Below, in pieces: positions 13,400 to 25,768 of a stretch of 64,000 nt of DNA. Below the pieces are notes generated by a model. That model searched no databases and was not told the DNA's origin. It saw only the letters and a program-made list of their open reading frames with translations. Position numbers and translations under genes: made by a program. Numbering within the stretch: position 1 is the stretch's first letter; every line of letters begins with the position of its first letter. Origin of the DNA: Guillardia theta CCMP2712 (lineage: Eukaryota > Protista > Cryptophyta); contig NW_005434487.1 of assembly GCF_000315625.1 (NCBI RefSeq), positions 23,720 to 87,719 on the forward strand. Reading direction: 5' to 3'.

Positions 13400-16300
13400 G
13401 CGCTTAGAGCCTCACGAGATGCTTCTTGGGATCCGCGCAGAACTCGCAGAAGATTTTGCCGGAGTAGAGGCAGTAGATGGCCTTGGGGGGCTGAAACATT
13501 TGAGGATCAGAAGGGGGTTCGGAGAGCAGGAGGCAGGAGGGTCAGAGAGCAGGAGGGTCAGAGAGCAGGAGGGTCAGAGAGCAGGAGGGTCAGAGAGCAG
13601 GAGGGTCAGAGAGCAGGAGGGTCAGAGAGCAGGAGGGTCAGAGAGCAGGAGGGTCAGAGAGTAGGAGGGTCAGAGTAGCGCTATCACCTTGACGACATCG
13701 AAGCGAACGTCGCAGAAGTAGTCCTTGGGCGCGTCCTCGTCCTCGTCCGGCGTGATCCCATCCCGGTTGACTCTGTAGCAAAGAAGATCAGCGATCACTC
13801 CTTGCTCTCTCCTGCTACTTTCCTCCCGCCCTGTTCCTGCCTTCCTCTTCCTCTTCCTCCCTCCCTCCCTCCCTCCCTCTCTTTTCTCTCCGTCTTCTCT
13901 GTCTCCTTTTCAAGCACTTCCCCTCCTCACCTCCCGTTGCACTGCCGGCAGAGCTCCATGGGCTCTACGAATCGGTTTCCTCTAACTAGCGTGAGAGCGT
14001 TGCGACCGGGTAGGTCGGCTGGGTTCATGTCCTGCCGGAGGGTCAGAGGGGAGCTGGAGTCTTCCTAGGCTCCGACACCTTGTTACGCCCCAACCTCTTC
14101 TTGATCCACTCGTCAGCAGCATGGAGCACGGCGTCGCCTTTGATGTTGATCTGAGCCATCGCCTCCTGTGCCGTCATCGACCCTCTCAATCAGCTCGCCC
14201 TCGACCAAGCGACATCTCACACCTTCATTCCCTGGTATTTCTTGTCGTAAATCTCCCAGATTCCTTTCCACCCCTTCAACAAAAGTCAAAGAGACTCGGA
14301 GAATGTCAAGACATGTACAACTCACGCTTCGAAAGTTGTTTTTCTCTTGAGATTGCTTTCGGGCATTTCTTGGCACAAAGGCCTCGGAGCCATCAGGAAA
14401 CAGAGTGGTCAAGGCATTCTGGTCGGGGCATTGCCAATTGCTGGCAAGCAGGTGCGTCAGCTCGGTCGGCATTTAAACTCGCGTTACCCTCTCTTTTCTG
14501 GCGGCTCGTTGGCATAAATTTCTTTGCATGCTTGAAGGGCTTTTCGCTTCTCTGCACACTTTGAAAGTTTGAATGTCTGAGAGAGGTCGATTAGTTTCCG
14601 TTCAATACCTTTGAGCAAACAGGTTTGGAAAAATGCGAATCCTCGACTTCAAGTCTTAATGCCTAGAAGCACGGTAAATCATCAACGAGGTTACTATGAA
14701 ATCCCACCTTGATCTTGTCTTCGAATTTCTTCTGCAGCGCTTTTTCCTTTTCTTTCTTGCTCTTTTGCTCCAACGTCATGTTCCCTTCGTCGATTTCATC
14801 TTCATTCTGCTTTCCAAGTCACAAGTTCATTGCATGTACTTGCAGCTCAAAGGCACATGATCCTCTTCTTCGTCTTGCTCCTTCTTGAGTCTCATACGAG
14901 CGATGTTGTGCGTGATCGACTAGAAAACCCCTCAGAAGGCTTGCCCCCTTCACCTTCACCTTCGCCTTCGCACCTTCACTGCCTGGTCGATTCTATCGGG
15001 GATGTTGACAGCTCTCAAGACTCCATCCAGCCAGTGCTCATCTGAAAGCGGAATAAGTTTGACAAGACTAAGATGGTGGCTGTGAACCTTCGCGCATGAG
15101 GATATCTGTGATGTACTCTCTTCCAATTTCATACCTGACCATCACTCAACATGGAAAGGCAAAGGCACAACCGTTGAAGTCACTCACCCGAATTCCTCCA
15201 TCCTTGCTTGGTAATTTGTCACTTCTTTGGAGAATGCCTTTCCGCAGTGGTAGCAAATCACTTTTCCTCCTCCAGGAAGCCAATCTTCCGACATCATCAC
15301 GCAACAGACGAAGGGTTCTACTTTCAACCTGCTTTGAGCTCTTCACCCGTCTCATTGCACCTGTTCTGCTTGTAGCCAAAGGCTGACAGACAGGGATTAG
15401 GACTCTGCAGAGCGTAGGGAGCGCTGGTATTTTCCCTCACCTTCGATCTCGTGCAGCATGTGTTGGACTTGCCAACTTTCGTCGTCTGTTATCAGCAGGT
15501 CCAGAACAAAAGCAACAGCTCCGCCTTCCGCAAGCTCAGCTCAACACAAACCCCCTCCACCCCTACCAGCATCATATTTTCCGTAAAGGAAAAGTTTCTT
15601 GTTGCCGTTCTGGAAATCGTGTCAAGATGATCTTCGACAACACGTGACAAGGTTGGAATCAATCATCTCCATACCCTTCCTTCGACAATGTCTGAAACTT
15701 TGAAAGCATTTTGCTTTCCAAAGCACCTTGTGGACCAAGTTACAATCTCGGGGAGACAATCAGAAGGAAATCAGGTGGGATACTTTTTAGATGGCGTGAA
15801 AGTTGATACGCATGAGGAGCCAGGAGGAAACCAGACATTCTCGTACTTGGGATCATCTTGTTCCTGCTCTCTATATCAATTGGTTCCTTGACTATGAAAC
15901 ATTCACCTCTTCTGTAGGATTCACTTTCTTCAACCCGAATCTGAACCACACTTTGGACACAAACCCGAGCTCAACCTTGTTTTGAGGTTAGTGCAAGCAT
16001 GTTCAAACTGCTGTGTAAGTCTTATGGATACCTGTCTACGTGAAGAATGTAAGTAGATCGATATTGTCTCAGGTTCTTCCGTCCTGTAGCCACTTGGAAA
16101 CAAATCTAGATACCACTCTCCATCGCATGTGAACTCAGCGCTGCAACAACGTCAGCTTGGTCGTTCGCACAGGGCACTTCCATGACACCTCGAAAGTTTT
16201 TTGTTTGGACCAATTTTGGCGACCACGCGCTTCAGATCATGGATGACCCAATTCACTCTCTACAAGGTGGTCTGAACAAACAAGGCGAGAGAAGGATATA

Positions 16301-17660
16301 AGGCTGGTACCTGTCTCCCTGACAGAGTGAGCTCCGGTTCAAGTTGAGGCTCCTCCAGTCTGACAATCACTTCACCGATCGACCATGCGACAGTCGTACT
16401 CAAGTTCACCGCAAGCCCGAGGCAGCAAATATGATTATTTCCAACGTGATATGACCATCCTGAACTCTCTCTCGATTTTTCCCATACTCTAACATGTATC
16501 CCTGACGCCAAGCATTCATTTCATTTCTCCTTGATCATCATTGTAAGCTTTACCTCTCTCCAGTTGTAGAGTTTTCCTATGTCGAATAATTTTTCAAAAC
16601 CTGCACTTTCTGGTTCAGAGCTGCTCAAGTAGATCAAAAGAGTCACACCCCAGCTTGGCTCTCTGTTCGTGAACAGCTGGGACAGAGATCTTTCTATGCA
16701 AGGAGGAAGCACAACACCGTTGGCATCTGCTTGTCCTGTACGTTGTATAAGTGAATCTGACAAGGTCTTGAACATCACGCACCCATCTTGGAAGATGTCG
16801 CACTGTTCTTGGAAAAACTTCTTTTGCCTTCACTCCGTTGGCTCTGACAAATCAAATCAAATCAAATCAAGGCTGCTTGCACATGCGCCTACCAGTGCCC
16901 GTGAACTTACTCTAGACTTTGTACCACCCGGTTTTGTGGAGGCTTCGGTTGCAAGAGACGCAGCACTGGATGCAATACTCGCATCGTCATCTTCATCCTC
17001 CCCTTCTTCCGCATCTTTGACAACGACAAGTTAAATGCAATCGAAACTGATGGAGTCTTACCGGCTTGTCCTGCATTCTTCCCTTTTGCATCTTCATCAA
17101 ACTGAGGAATAGGTTGCATCTTCAACTTTGTTTGCGCTGGAGTCAGAGAAAGATTAAGGTTCAGATGAAGTTTTCACACCTCCACAGAGGCAAAACTTTG
17201 GCTGGTGATCCTGTCTGGATTTTCTGGATCGCCTTGATCTCTTTCGCACTGCATTCACTCACACCATCAGGTCAAACGTGCTGACTTCGGAAGATCACCT
17301 CGTCGTTCATGATGTACAGAGAAGCATAATCCGGGTCCTGCGAGCTCTTCAGCGACATCACTCTCAAATCGACAACAATCACCGTGAATCCTTTAGGAAA
17401 ATACACAACCTTCCAGGGGGTTCCACCAGCCATGATCGGCTTGCTGACAATGCTTCCACCAAAACTGATTGTCCCATTCAAAGACAAGACAGACAACGAA
17501 CGCTTTTGTACCTGATAGACTTCACCCTTCCGAATTTGATAGTGAAAGAAGTAAAATCTCCCTGAGCTTTGACATTCTCAATCTGAATACCCAGTGAGCG
17601 ACTCCTTCAATATCAATCATGCAGGCAGTTCACCGAATGCCAAGGTTTATTGGAGAAAAA
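13400..17660 (-). CDS. MATH/TRAF-domain protein, multi-exon (boundaries approximate, possibly more than one gene)
   Basis: Two MATH-like signatures on the minus strand: SKPIMAGGTPWKVVYFPKG...DPDYASLYIMN (~17300-17450) and EFTCDGEWYLDLFPSGYRTEEPETISIYLHSS (~16040-16135). Confidence 0.55.
13536..13672. repeat. 16-bp minisatellite (GTCAGAGAGCAGGAGG)n, about 8 copies
   Basis: Direct tandem repeats read from the sequence; probably intronic in the minus-strand gene. Confidence 0.9.
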
Positions 17661-18399
17661 CATGGCCCGGCGGAGAAATCTGGGATTCCTTTGAAAGTTG
17701 TCACTGTTGGAATATTGCCAGGACGGGGACTTGACAATCAGGAGCAGATAGACATTGAGATAAAGGAACACTCCTTCATCTGAGCTTGTCTTAGCTTTTC
17801 CAACGCAACTCCAGAGGAAAGAAAACCATTTCTATCTCTACGATTGACAGCAATCCTCTGCTAGTGTTATAACTCATCTCATCAAGAATGCTGGGTATCT
17901 TTCACGAGAAGATCGTTCGAAATCCACACGATTCTTGCACCTTGACACCTCCTGGCCTCATCTGTCATTTCTCCTCCTTCCTAACTTCCGACCTCTCTTC
18001 TGAAGCCGTCGTGTAACAGTGAAGTAGGAGCACAACCATGAGGCACTATCCTTTCTGGGATTCTACCTCTTTCACCGACACGTTTTCGTCCCTTCAATGA
18101 CTTGCTGATGGTGCTGTGACTTCCCTCTCTCTTGCTGATGGTGCTGTGACTTCCCTCTCTTCCCTCTTTTTACTTGACCTGTCCTCGTTTCCCTCGACTC
18201 GTCCCCGACATACTTTTCTCATCTCTCCCCTCCCCTTCCTCTGTCCTGCGTTGCTCATCTTTCCACCCTCCGAGCTTTCCATGCTCCCACTTGCTCTCTT
18301 CTCCTCATCCTCCTTGTCACTTCTGTTTCTCTTCCCTCGCTTCTCTCTCTTCACCCTTGCTACTTCTCCATCCTCGATTTCTGCATCGAATCATCGGAT

Positions 18400-19430
18400 G
18401 TGAAGGGTCGTCCACCCCCACCCCCTACCCTCGAAGTTCCCTCCACTCTATACCTCTGAAATGGATCAGACGCCAGTACCCCGTCAATGTCCCTCACCCA
18501 CCCACCATTTCACCCTCACCCACCCTACCGGCTAATCGCTACCGCATCTCGGAGAAGTACCCGGGTCAGTCAGGCCCATGATAGGGCCGGGGCCGGGCCC
18601 GACTCGAGAGTTACGGTAGTAGCCTTCCGCGACTCCGGCGAGGCCCTGACTCACGGTGAGGCCGGGCGGCCGGCGGCGGCCGGCCTGAGTCACCCCGGCG
18701 ACTCGGCGACTCACTCATTGAGTCATCATCGGCGCCTTGCCAGGCTCACTTACTGAGTCATCGCCCTGACTCACTCACTGAGCCATCATCGGGGTACAGT
18801 CGGCGCCCTCGTTCAAGTACTCACCGTGGCTGAGTCCGGGCCAACGAATTTGAGAAGAAATGGATTTGTTCGCGCGGCGATGTCGGCAGTGGCACGATGG
18901 ACGCCATGGCGTGACTGAGTGAGGTCGGAGCCACATCCGATCTCTGGTCACCCGGTGGTTCATCAACCCTAAGGTGCCACGGTCTGTCGGCCCTTTCCCT
19001 TGCCCTGGCACTGTGCCGGTGTGTGTCCGTACCGTACGGTATGGTACAACACATATCTGAGCACGCAGTACGGTGACGGGCGGCAGCGATCAGGATGTAC
19101 TGGGCAGGCTTGTCGGGCCGCGGCCGGAAGTTTTCGGGCGCTGCCCGCCGGGCCCGGGCTGCCCGGCCAGGGCCTTGTCCGATCCGATCGGGATCAGGAT
19201 GATCGGGATCCGCCCGGCAGGCTAGCAGTGCGGCCTGGATGCGTCAGTGAAATGGTATCGAACGTCACCATCCCCACTGGTCATGATGGACCCCTGGATT
19301 TCAAATATGCCTACCCCTACACCGGTGTTTTTAGTAGGAAAAGTTCTTGTCCAAATATAGGTAGGTATCCACCCCACCCTGTTCATATTCAATTTTCAAT
19401 GACCCCTACCCCCAGGACTCTCTAGTATCC
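18400..19430. repeat. GC-rich, palindrome-rich intergenic repeat-like module flanked by ACCC/GGGT-rich segments
   Basis: Recurrent TGAGTCA/TGACTCA, CCGG, CGGTAC and GATCGGGATC words; flanks ACCCCCACCCCCTACCC and ACCCCACCC/GACCCCTACCCCC. Similar modules at ~8040-8570, ~34700-34980 and ~43200-43520. Confidence 0.45.
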
Positions 19431-19901
19431 GCAAGCGAAATGCTGCGTGTAATATTATGAGTGGGGATTGCGACGAGGAGGTGGAGGGGAGTGAGATTGT
19501 AGCTGTGAGGTAGGAGAGACATGCTTGAAACTTGTGCAGATGATACAGGATACTGGAGACAGAGGTATAGATATCCAGAGATGGAGCGAAGTCAGGCTGA
19601 AAGTAGGATAGAGTGATCTAGACAGCGATGTGAAGGCGGCATCAGGATGGTTATGATTATGAGACGTGGATTAAGAGGGGGAAAGGATTCAAGGGATAAA
19701 GATACCATAGGATCGTGACAGATATGGAGAGGAAGGAAAAACAGGTTTAACTCCAGACAAGCATGGATAATACCCGAGATTCGGTTTTCGCATTGTTTCA
19801 TTTCATTCCCTTGACTCCCTGGTAACCGTCCATTGTTCGGCACAGGTCTGTGGAATCAAAGATTAGAGTCATAGGATCGCGAGGAAAGTTCCGATCCAGC
19901 G

Positions 19902-22900
19902 ATGAGGAAGTTTTCTGTTGGGTTGGACTTGGGGTCGCAGCAGATTGCCCTGGCTGTGTTCGATCATGAGAGGCAGTGCTCAGTACCTCTTGAGATCAGC
20001 GGGGACAAGACGATGCCCACCTGCATCTCGTTCGAGGGTGACAACACCATCGTGGGGAAGAGAGCCGAGAGCCGTTCTGCACGCAAGTGTGAAGGGGTTC
20101 TGTGTGCGTACAGGCAGATGCTGTATGGGATGCGGCAGGAGTGGAGGATGCATAGGGAGATGTGCCGACAGCGATGGCACTTTGGGGTCTCTATGGACGA
20201 GGCTGATGGATCTCAGGACAAGGCGTCTGAGAGCGAGCACAGTGACAGCTGCTACGTCGTTCAGGGGGAAGTTGTGAAGATTGAGGAGGTCATTCGGAAG
20301 GTGAGAGCTAGTGTGTCCTCAGGTTGTGCATGCTGTTGAAGCGCTGAGCTCTGTCTCAGATCATTGAAGTTGTTTGCACCACTCTCATCGATGCGATCCG
20401 GAGTGGAGGAGCGCTGGAAGTGAACGATGGGCAAATCCCAAGTTTCATCAACTTTGCTTGTTCTGTTCCTGAATGTCTGAGGTACGACAGACGGAAGATT
20501 GCGTGCCATCCTGCCTCCTTTTCCTTTTTCCTATTCCCTCCTCCTCCTCCCCTTCCTCCTCCTCCTCCTCCTCCTCCTCCTCCTCCTCCTCCTCCCTTGA
20601 CTGTGTCAAGAACTATGTTCATGCTCTTGATGCTATCCTGCAGTGAAGAACAAAGGGGCGTGATATCAGCTGGAATCAAGGAGGCACTGGAGGAGGGGCT
20701 CGGGCCAAACATTCCGCTCCTCCTAGTCAACGAGACCCTTGCCATCGCCATGCAGGTACTTGAGAAAGTTTGAGTTCGACTGTGAGTAAGACGTGTCGGG
20801 AAGTACTCCTCAATCCCTCCCATCATCCCCAAGACATTTATGTGCATCGACCTCGGAGCGTCCAAACTGACTGTCTCCATATTCGAGCTGAAGAAGAAGG
20901 ATGTCGACTCCTTCTGCTTGCAAGAGGTGCTAGGGAGGAGGGGGTGAAGGGAGCTCGGGGCTGGTTGGAGGTGATGTGGAACTGATGGAGAGGCAGGTGA
21001 TGTCGAGGACAAACGTGTTCGTGAGCGGCAGCGAGATCGAGTACAAGCTGATGCAGTGGTGCGAGAAGCATAAACCCTTCGCTGAAAGCGTGCTGGGCTC
21101 CTCCTCCTCCCGCTTCAAGCTGCGGCGAGACGTGCGGGGAGCCATGAAGACGCTTACGGTGGCGGAAGAGGCGATGATTGAGACAGACAACTTGGCTGGA
21201 GGAAACGATCTGCAAGTGATGCTGACGCTAGAGGACTTCGAGCATGAGTGCAAGGACATCTTCGACTCGGTCCTCCTCCTCCTGGAGTTCGTCGCCAAGG
21301 AGAGCAACGTTGGATACCCTCAGGAGGTGACACAGACGCTGCGAGTGCGACGGGGCTGATGAAGATGTGCAGGTCATCCTGACAGGAGGAGCGATGCGCA
21401 TCCCGTGCCTTCAGAGGAGAATCCAGCAGCTGCTGTCCCCGCACGGGTCGAGCATCAGGAAGACGGTGGACATGGACAGAGGAATCTCCCTTGGTGAGTT
21501 TGCAATCTTGAGGTGCAGAAGATGAGGATGAGGAGAGAGAGAGAGAGACGCGATGGAGGAACACGGAGATGGAAGTAGGAGGAGGGGAGACAGGAGATGG
21601 AGGATTGAATGCAGTGAAGGAGGACGAGAGGAGGAGGATGGAGGGGGAGGAGGAGAGGCAGGAGGAGCAGGACTGCTTGTTCGACTCTTTGACCACTCGA
21701 ATACAGGCGCTGCGATGATCGCGGCCATCAAGCACGACCCGTCAGTGGTGAGGAGGAAGAGATGAACCGCTGCTGGTGTGACTAGGAGGGTGAAGGTGAA
21801 GATGCCGCTCGACCCGACGTCGCCGTTCGAGGAGAACTCTTCGAGACAGATCCTGAGGTGATGCAGGGAGAGAGGATGAGACAAGGGGCGGGATGAGAGA
21901 GATAGGAGCAAGAAGGGTTGGGTGTGTGGGGGCGGTCAGAGTAGAGCAGAGGGATGCAAAGAAGACGAGCATCGCAGTATGAGAGTCGGAAGGGGCGGAG
22001 GAGGACGGTGTGGGAAAGTGGGAGGAAAAAGAGGGAGGAGAGGAGAAGGGGAGGGGAGACGGGGGATGTAGTCTCTCTATCGTCATCCTGATTTCAACGG
22101 CTCCTGCAGGGTCACCAAGGACGGACGTCTATCCCACGTCGCTCCCAGGGTGGAGAAAGGTGAAGGGAGAGCCTCGAGGAGCAGCCGAGCTGACTCAGAC
22201 CAGTAGGAAGAGACGTGGAGGAGTTCAACGCCAAGATCGAAGACATTCAAGTCAGCTTTGCTCCACCTCTCCCTCCCCTCTCCCCGCGTTCCTTTCCCTC
22301 AATTTCCCGAACGCTAATCGTTCCCGTCTCCGCTCCTCTTCATCTTTCACTTGCTCTTCTTGTTCCTCGTTCCCCCTTGTCTTTGACTGCCTACCTCACT
22401 CAAACACAGTCCAAATATGATGCTGCCATGCGTCGCCTGCAAGTTTCCTCGGACTCGGAAGAGAAGATGAAAGATCAGATCTTCGAGCAGCAGAAGCTGA
22501 TTGAAACTCTGAGATCCAAGGCACTTCCTTCTCACTCCTTCCACCCTCCTCCCCCCTCCTCCGCCCTCCTCCCCCCCCCTCCACCCTCCTCCGCCCTCCT
22601 CCCTCTCCTGTTGTTTCCTCCCGTCTCTCGCTAAGTTTGGTCTGCTTTATGCTCTATTTCCCTGATACTCCTACAGGTGAAGGAGCTGGAGGGTCAAGTC
22701 TCTGACAAGTCGGCTGGAGTTCCTTCCCCTGTCGCCCAGCCCACCAGCCCTGGTACCACCAGCCTTCTCCTCTCCTCTCCTCTCCTCTCCTCTCCTCTCC
22801 TCTCCTCTCCTCTCCTCTCCTCTCCTCTCGTCTCCTCTCCTCTCCTCTCCTCTCCTCTCCTCTCCTCTCCTCTCCTCTCGTCTCCTCTCCTCTCTTCTCC

Positions 22901-24210
22901 TCTCGTCTCGTCTCCTCTCCTCTCGTCTCGTCTCCTCTCGTCTCCTCTCCTCTCCTCTCCTCTCGTCTCCTCTCCTCTCCTCTCGGCTACCTCCTCTCCT
23001 CTCCTCTCCTCCTCTTAGCGCAAGCTCTCTAGTCTCCTCCACTGTTCTCTCCTCACCGATGTATTCCCGATCCCACTTTCTTCTCTATCTCTTTTGCTCT
23101 CCATCTTCCCGGCTCATCCTCCTCCAAGGCTCTGAGTTCGCCATCGCGCGAGCCAACGCGCTTGAAAGTGAATCTTCGCGTCTCCGGGAGCAAGTCGACG
23201 TCTTGCGCTCCCGCCTCTCCGCGGCTGAGGGGCAGTGCCGCATCCTCTCCCAGAAGCAACACGTCTCGCTCTCCTCCTCCTCCTCCTCCTCTGACTTGCT
23301 GCGTCAGAGCGCGGAACTCGCCGTCAAGGAGGCGCAAGCAACCAAGGTGGCAGCACCGGAGAGGAAGGGGAGAGCAACTGACGAAGAGGCAGGAGGAAGC
23401 GATGAAGAAGGTCTCGGACATGGAGGAGACGATGAGGAGGATGCGGGAGGAGGTGGAGGAGGCGAAGAAAGAGAAGATGCGGATTGAAGATCAGCTCTAC
23501 GATTCTCTCGGCGCTCACACAGAAGTAGACAAGCAGGTGCTTGCAGCGGCAAGGGAGAGGAGGAGGAAGAGAGCGAGAAGGGAAGATAAGACAGGGACAG
23601 AGCGAGAGAGAGGAGGGAGGAGGAATAGTGAGGGAGGGAATAGGCGCAGGGGAGAGAGGGCAGGGGGAAGGAGGAATAGGGAGGGGAGAAGGGATGGAGC
23701 AGAAGTGAGCAGGAGGAGGACTGAGGGATCACGAACTGACGATGAAGGACAGGTGAAGGTGTTGACTAGTCGGCTCAAGGAGGCTGAGAATGTGAGAGTC
23801 CCTCTCAACCCCGTTCAATCAATTCCCTGCTCCCCGCCCTCCTCGCCTGCATCTCATCCTCCTCCCTTCACTCCCTCCCTCCCTCCCTCTCCTCCTCTAT
23901 CCTCCCTCCCTCCTTTCTTTGTGGATTCTCACTGATTCTTCCTACTGCAGAATTTGTCAAAATCGCAAAAGTCCTTGAGCTCAGAATCTCAAAGGTTTCG
24001 TCTTCACCATCGAAACACCCTCTCCTCTTTCCACTCCACTCCACCCTAAACCTCTCCTCTCCTCTCTCCTCTCTCCTCTCCTCTCCTCTCCTCTCCTCTC
24101 CTCTCCTCTCCTCTCCTCTCCTCTTTCTGATCTCTTTACCTCAGGCATGCTGTTGTTGAAGAGAAATTGCAGTCTGATCTAGAAGTTGCTCAGAAGAGGA
24201 TCAAGGTGTG
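19902..24210 (+). CDS. Atypical Hsp70-family nucleotide-binding domain followed by coiled-coil exons; runs into an N gap
   Basis: [116 protein letters not shown]. Downstream exons are heptad-rich ([40 protein letters not shown]). Confidence 0.75.
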
Positions 24211-25768
24211 ATATCGCATGTTTCTCNNNNNNNNNNNNNNNNNNNNNNNNNNNNNNNNNNNNNNNNNNNNNNNNNNNNNNNNNNNNNNNNNNNNNNNNNN
24301 NNNNNNNNNNNNNNNNNNNNNNNNNNGCGGGCACGCGGCCGACTCAGTGAGAAGATTATTGTTGCATGCAAGTAAAGGTTTCTTAATAGCCCGACTAAGA
24401 GTGGTCAGTGAGGGGATGTGGATCAATGAGGGATGTGACTTTGGGATTGAGAGGGGATGTGGACCTTTACGCGTCCCTTCGCCGAAAGCCGCGGAAGACA
24501 AAATGGTGGGTGATAAAACAAAGAGGGAGGGCGAAGATGAGAGAAGGGAGGGGGAGGGAGGGGGGGGCGAAGAAGAGGAAGGCAGACACAGAGATAGCGA
24601 GAGACAGAGAGGAGAAGAGAGGAGAGGAAAAAAAATAATTAGGAGAACGGGAGATGAAGAGAGGAAACGGGAATGAATGAGTAGGGAATGATAGAGGGTT
24701 GTCCAACGGAGAGAATGCTGGGAGAATGTGGAGGAAACGTTCCAGGGTAGTGAGTTCAGAGAAAAAAATTGACGTAGAGATGGTTGACTGGAGGAGAGAT
24801 GGAGGCGGAATCCATTCAAACAAACCCTAACACTTTTCCTTCTCAGCTCTTTGCGATTGTGCCTGTTCAGAACCTTCAGCAGCAGGTCAGAAATCCTCCT
24901 CCTCCTCTATCGGGGTTGCTGAATATCCTTGCAGTCTCTCTTTGCCCCCGAGACCACGGGCTGGGGAACTTTCGATGGTTCTTCATATGCTCTGCCTTGA
25001 AAGCAACTAACAACGACCAGGATGCAGCGGCTGGTGGGTTCAGGACACCTACTCCTGCAGGTCGACCCGTGTTCCCTTCCTGCCGCTCCCTCTCCCTGAC
25101 TCTTCCTGCTGTAGCTCTCCCCCCTGCAATGGAGCTGAGACTGGATGGGGATATGCCCAGGACGCCAGCCCTGGCTGCCCCCTCAAGACCAAGGGGTGAG
25201 GAGAGGGGGAGGAGAAGGGGTATTACTGAATGGCATGCTCCAGCGCTGCTGTCTTCCTCTAAGCGAAGTTGGATAACATCGAGCGACGTGAAGCTCTAGA
25301 TGCAAATTTTTTTCATCAAAACTCAGCAAGTTTGTCAATTTTTCTATCCAAGACCCTTCTCTATCTTGTTCTTCTCGTCAATCTTATCCTTTCGAATTTT
25401 TCATGTCCCTCGTGCCATCTTCCCATGTGATCAGTTGAAAAAGCAACGGGACCAAACTAAAGAGAAGGAGATGACATCTTCTTGGTATCTTGACATGAGA
25501 GTGTTAGTCTGCAGACCAACTCAAGTCGTCATTCACCTTGTTCGAGTTTGTCGTAGATCATGAACAGCCTCTGCTGCAATCTCACCACTCTGACGACAAA
25601 GTAACTCACACAATCAGCATGTTTAGGTGAAAATAGCATGTACATGATGTAAATAAGCATGTGCAGCAACATGTATATCAAAACTTAGATCACAGGACGT
25701 ACATCACAGCAAGCACATCACTGCAAGCACAACACGGCAGCGCACGCAGACACGTATTTCAGTTTCGC

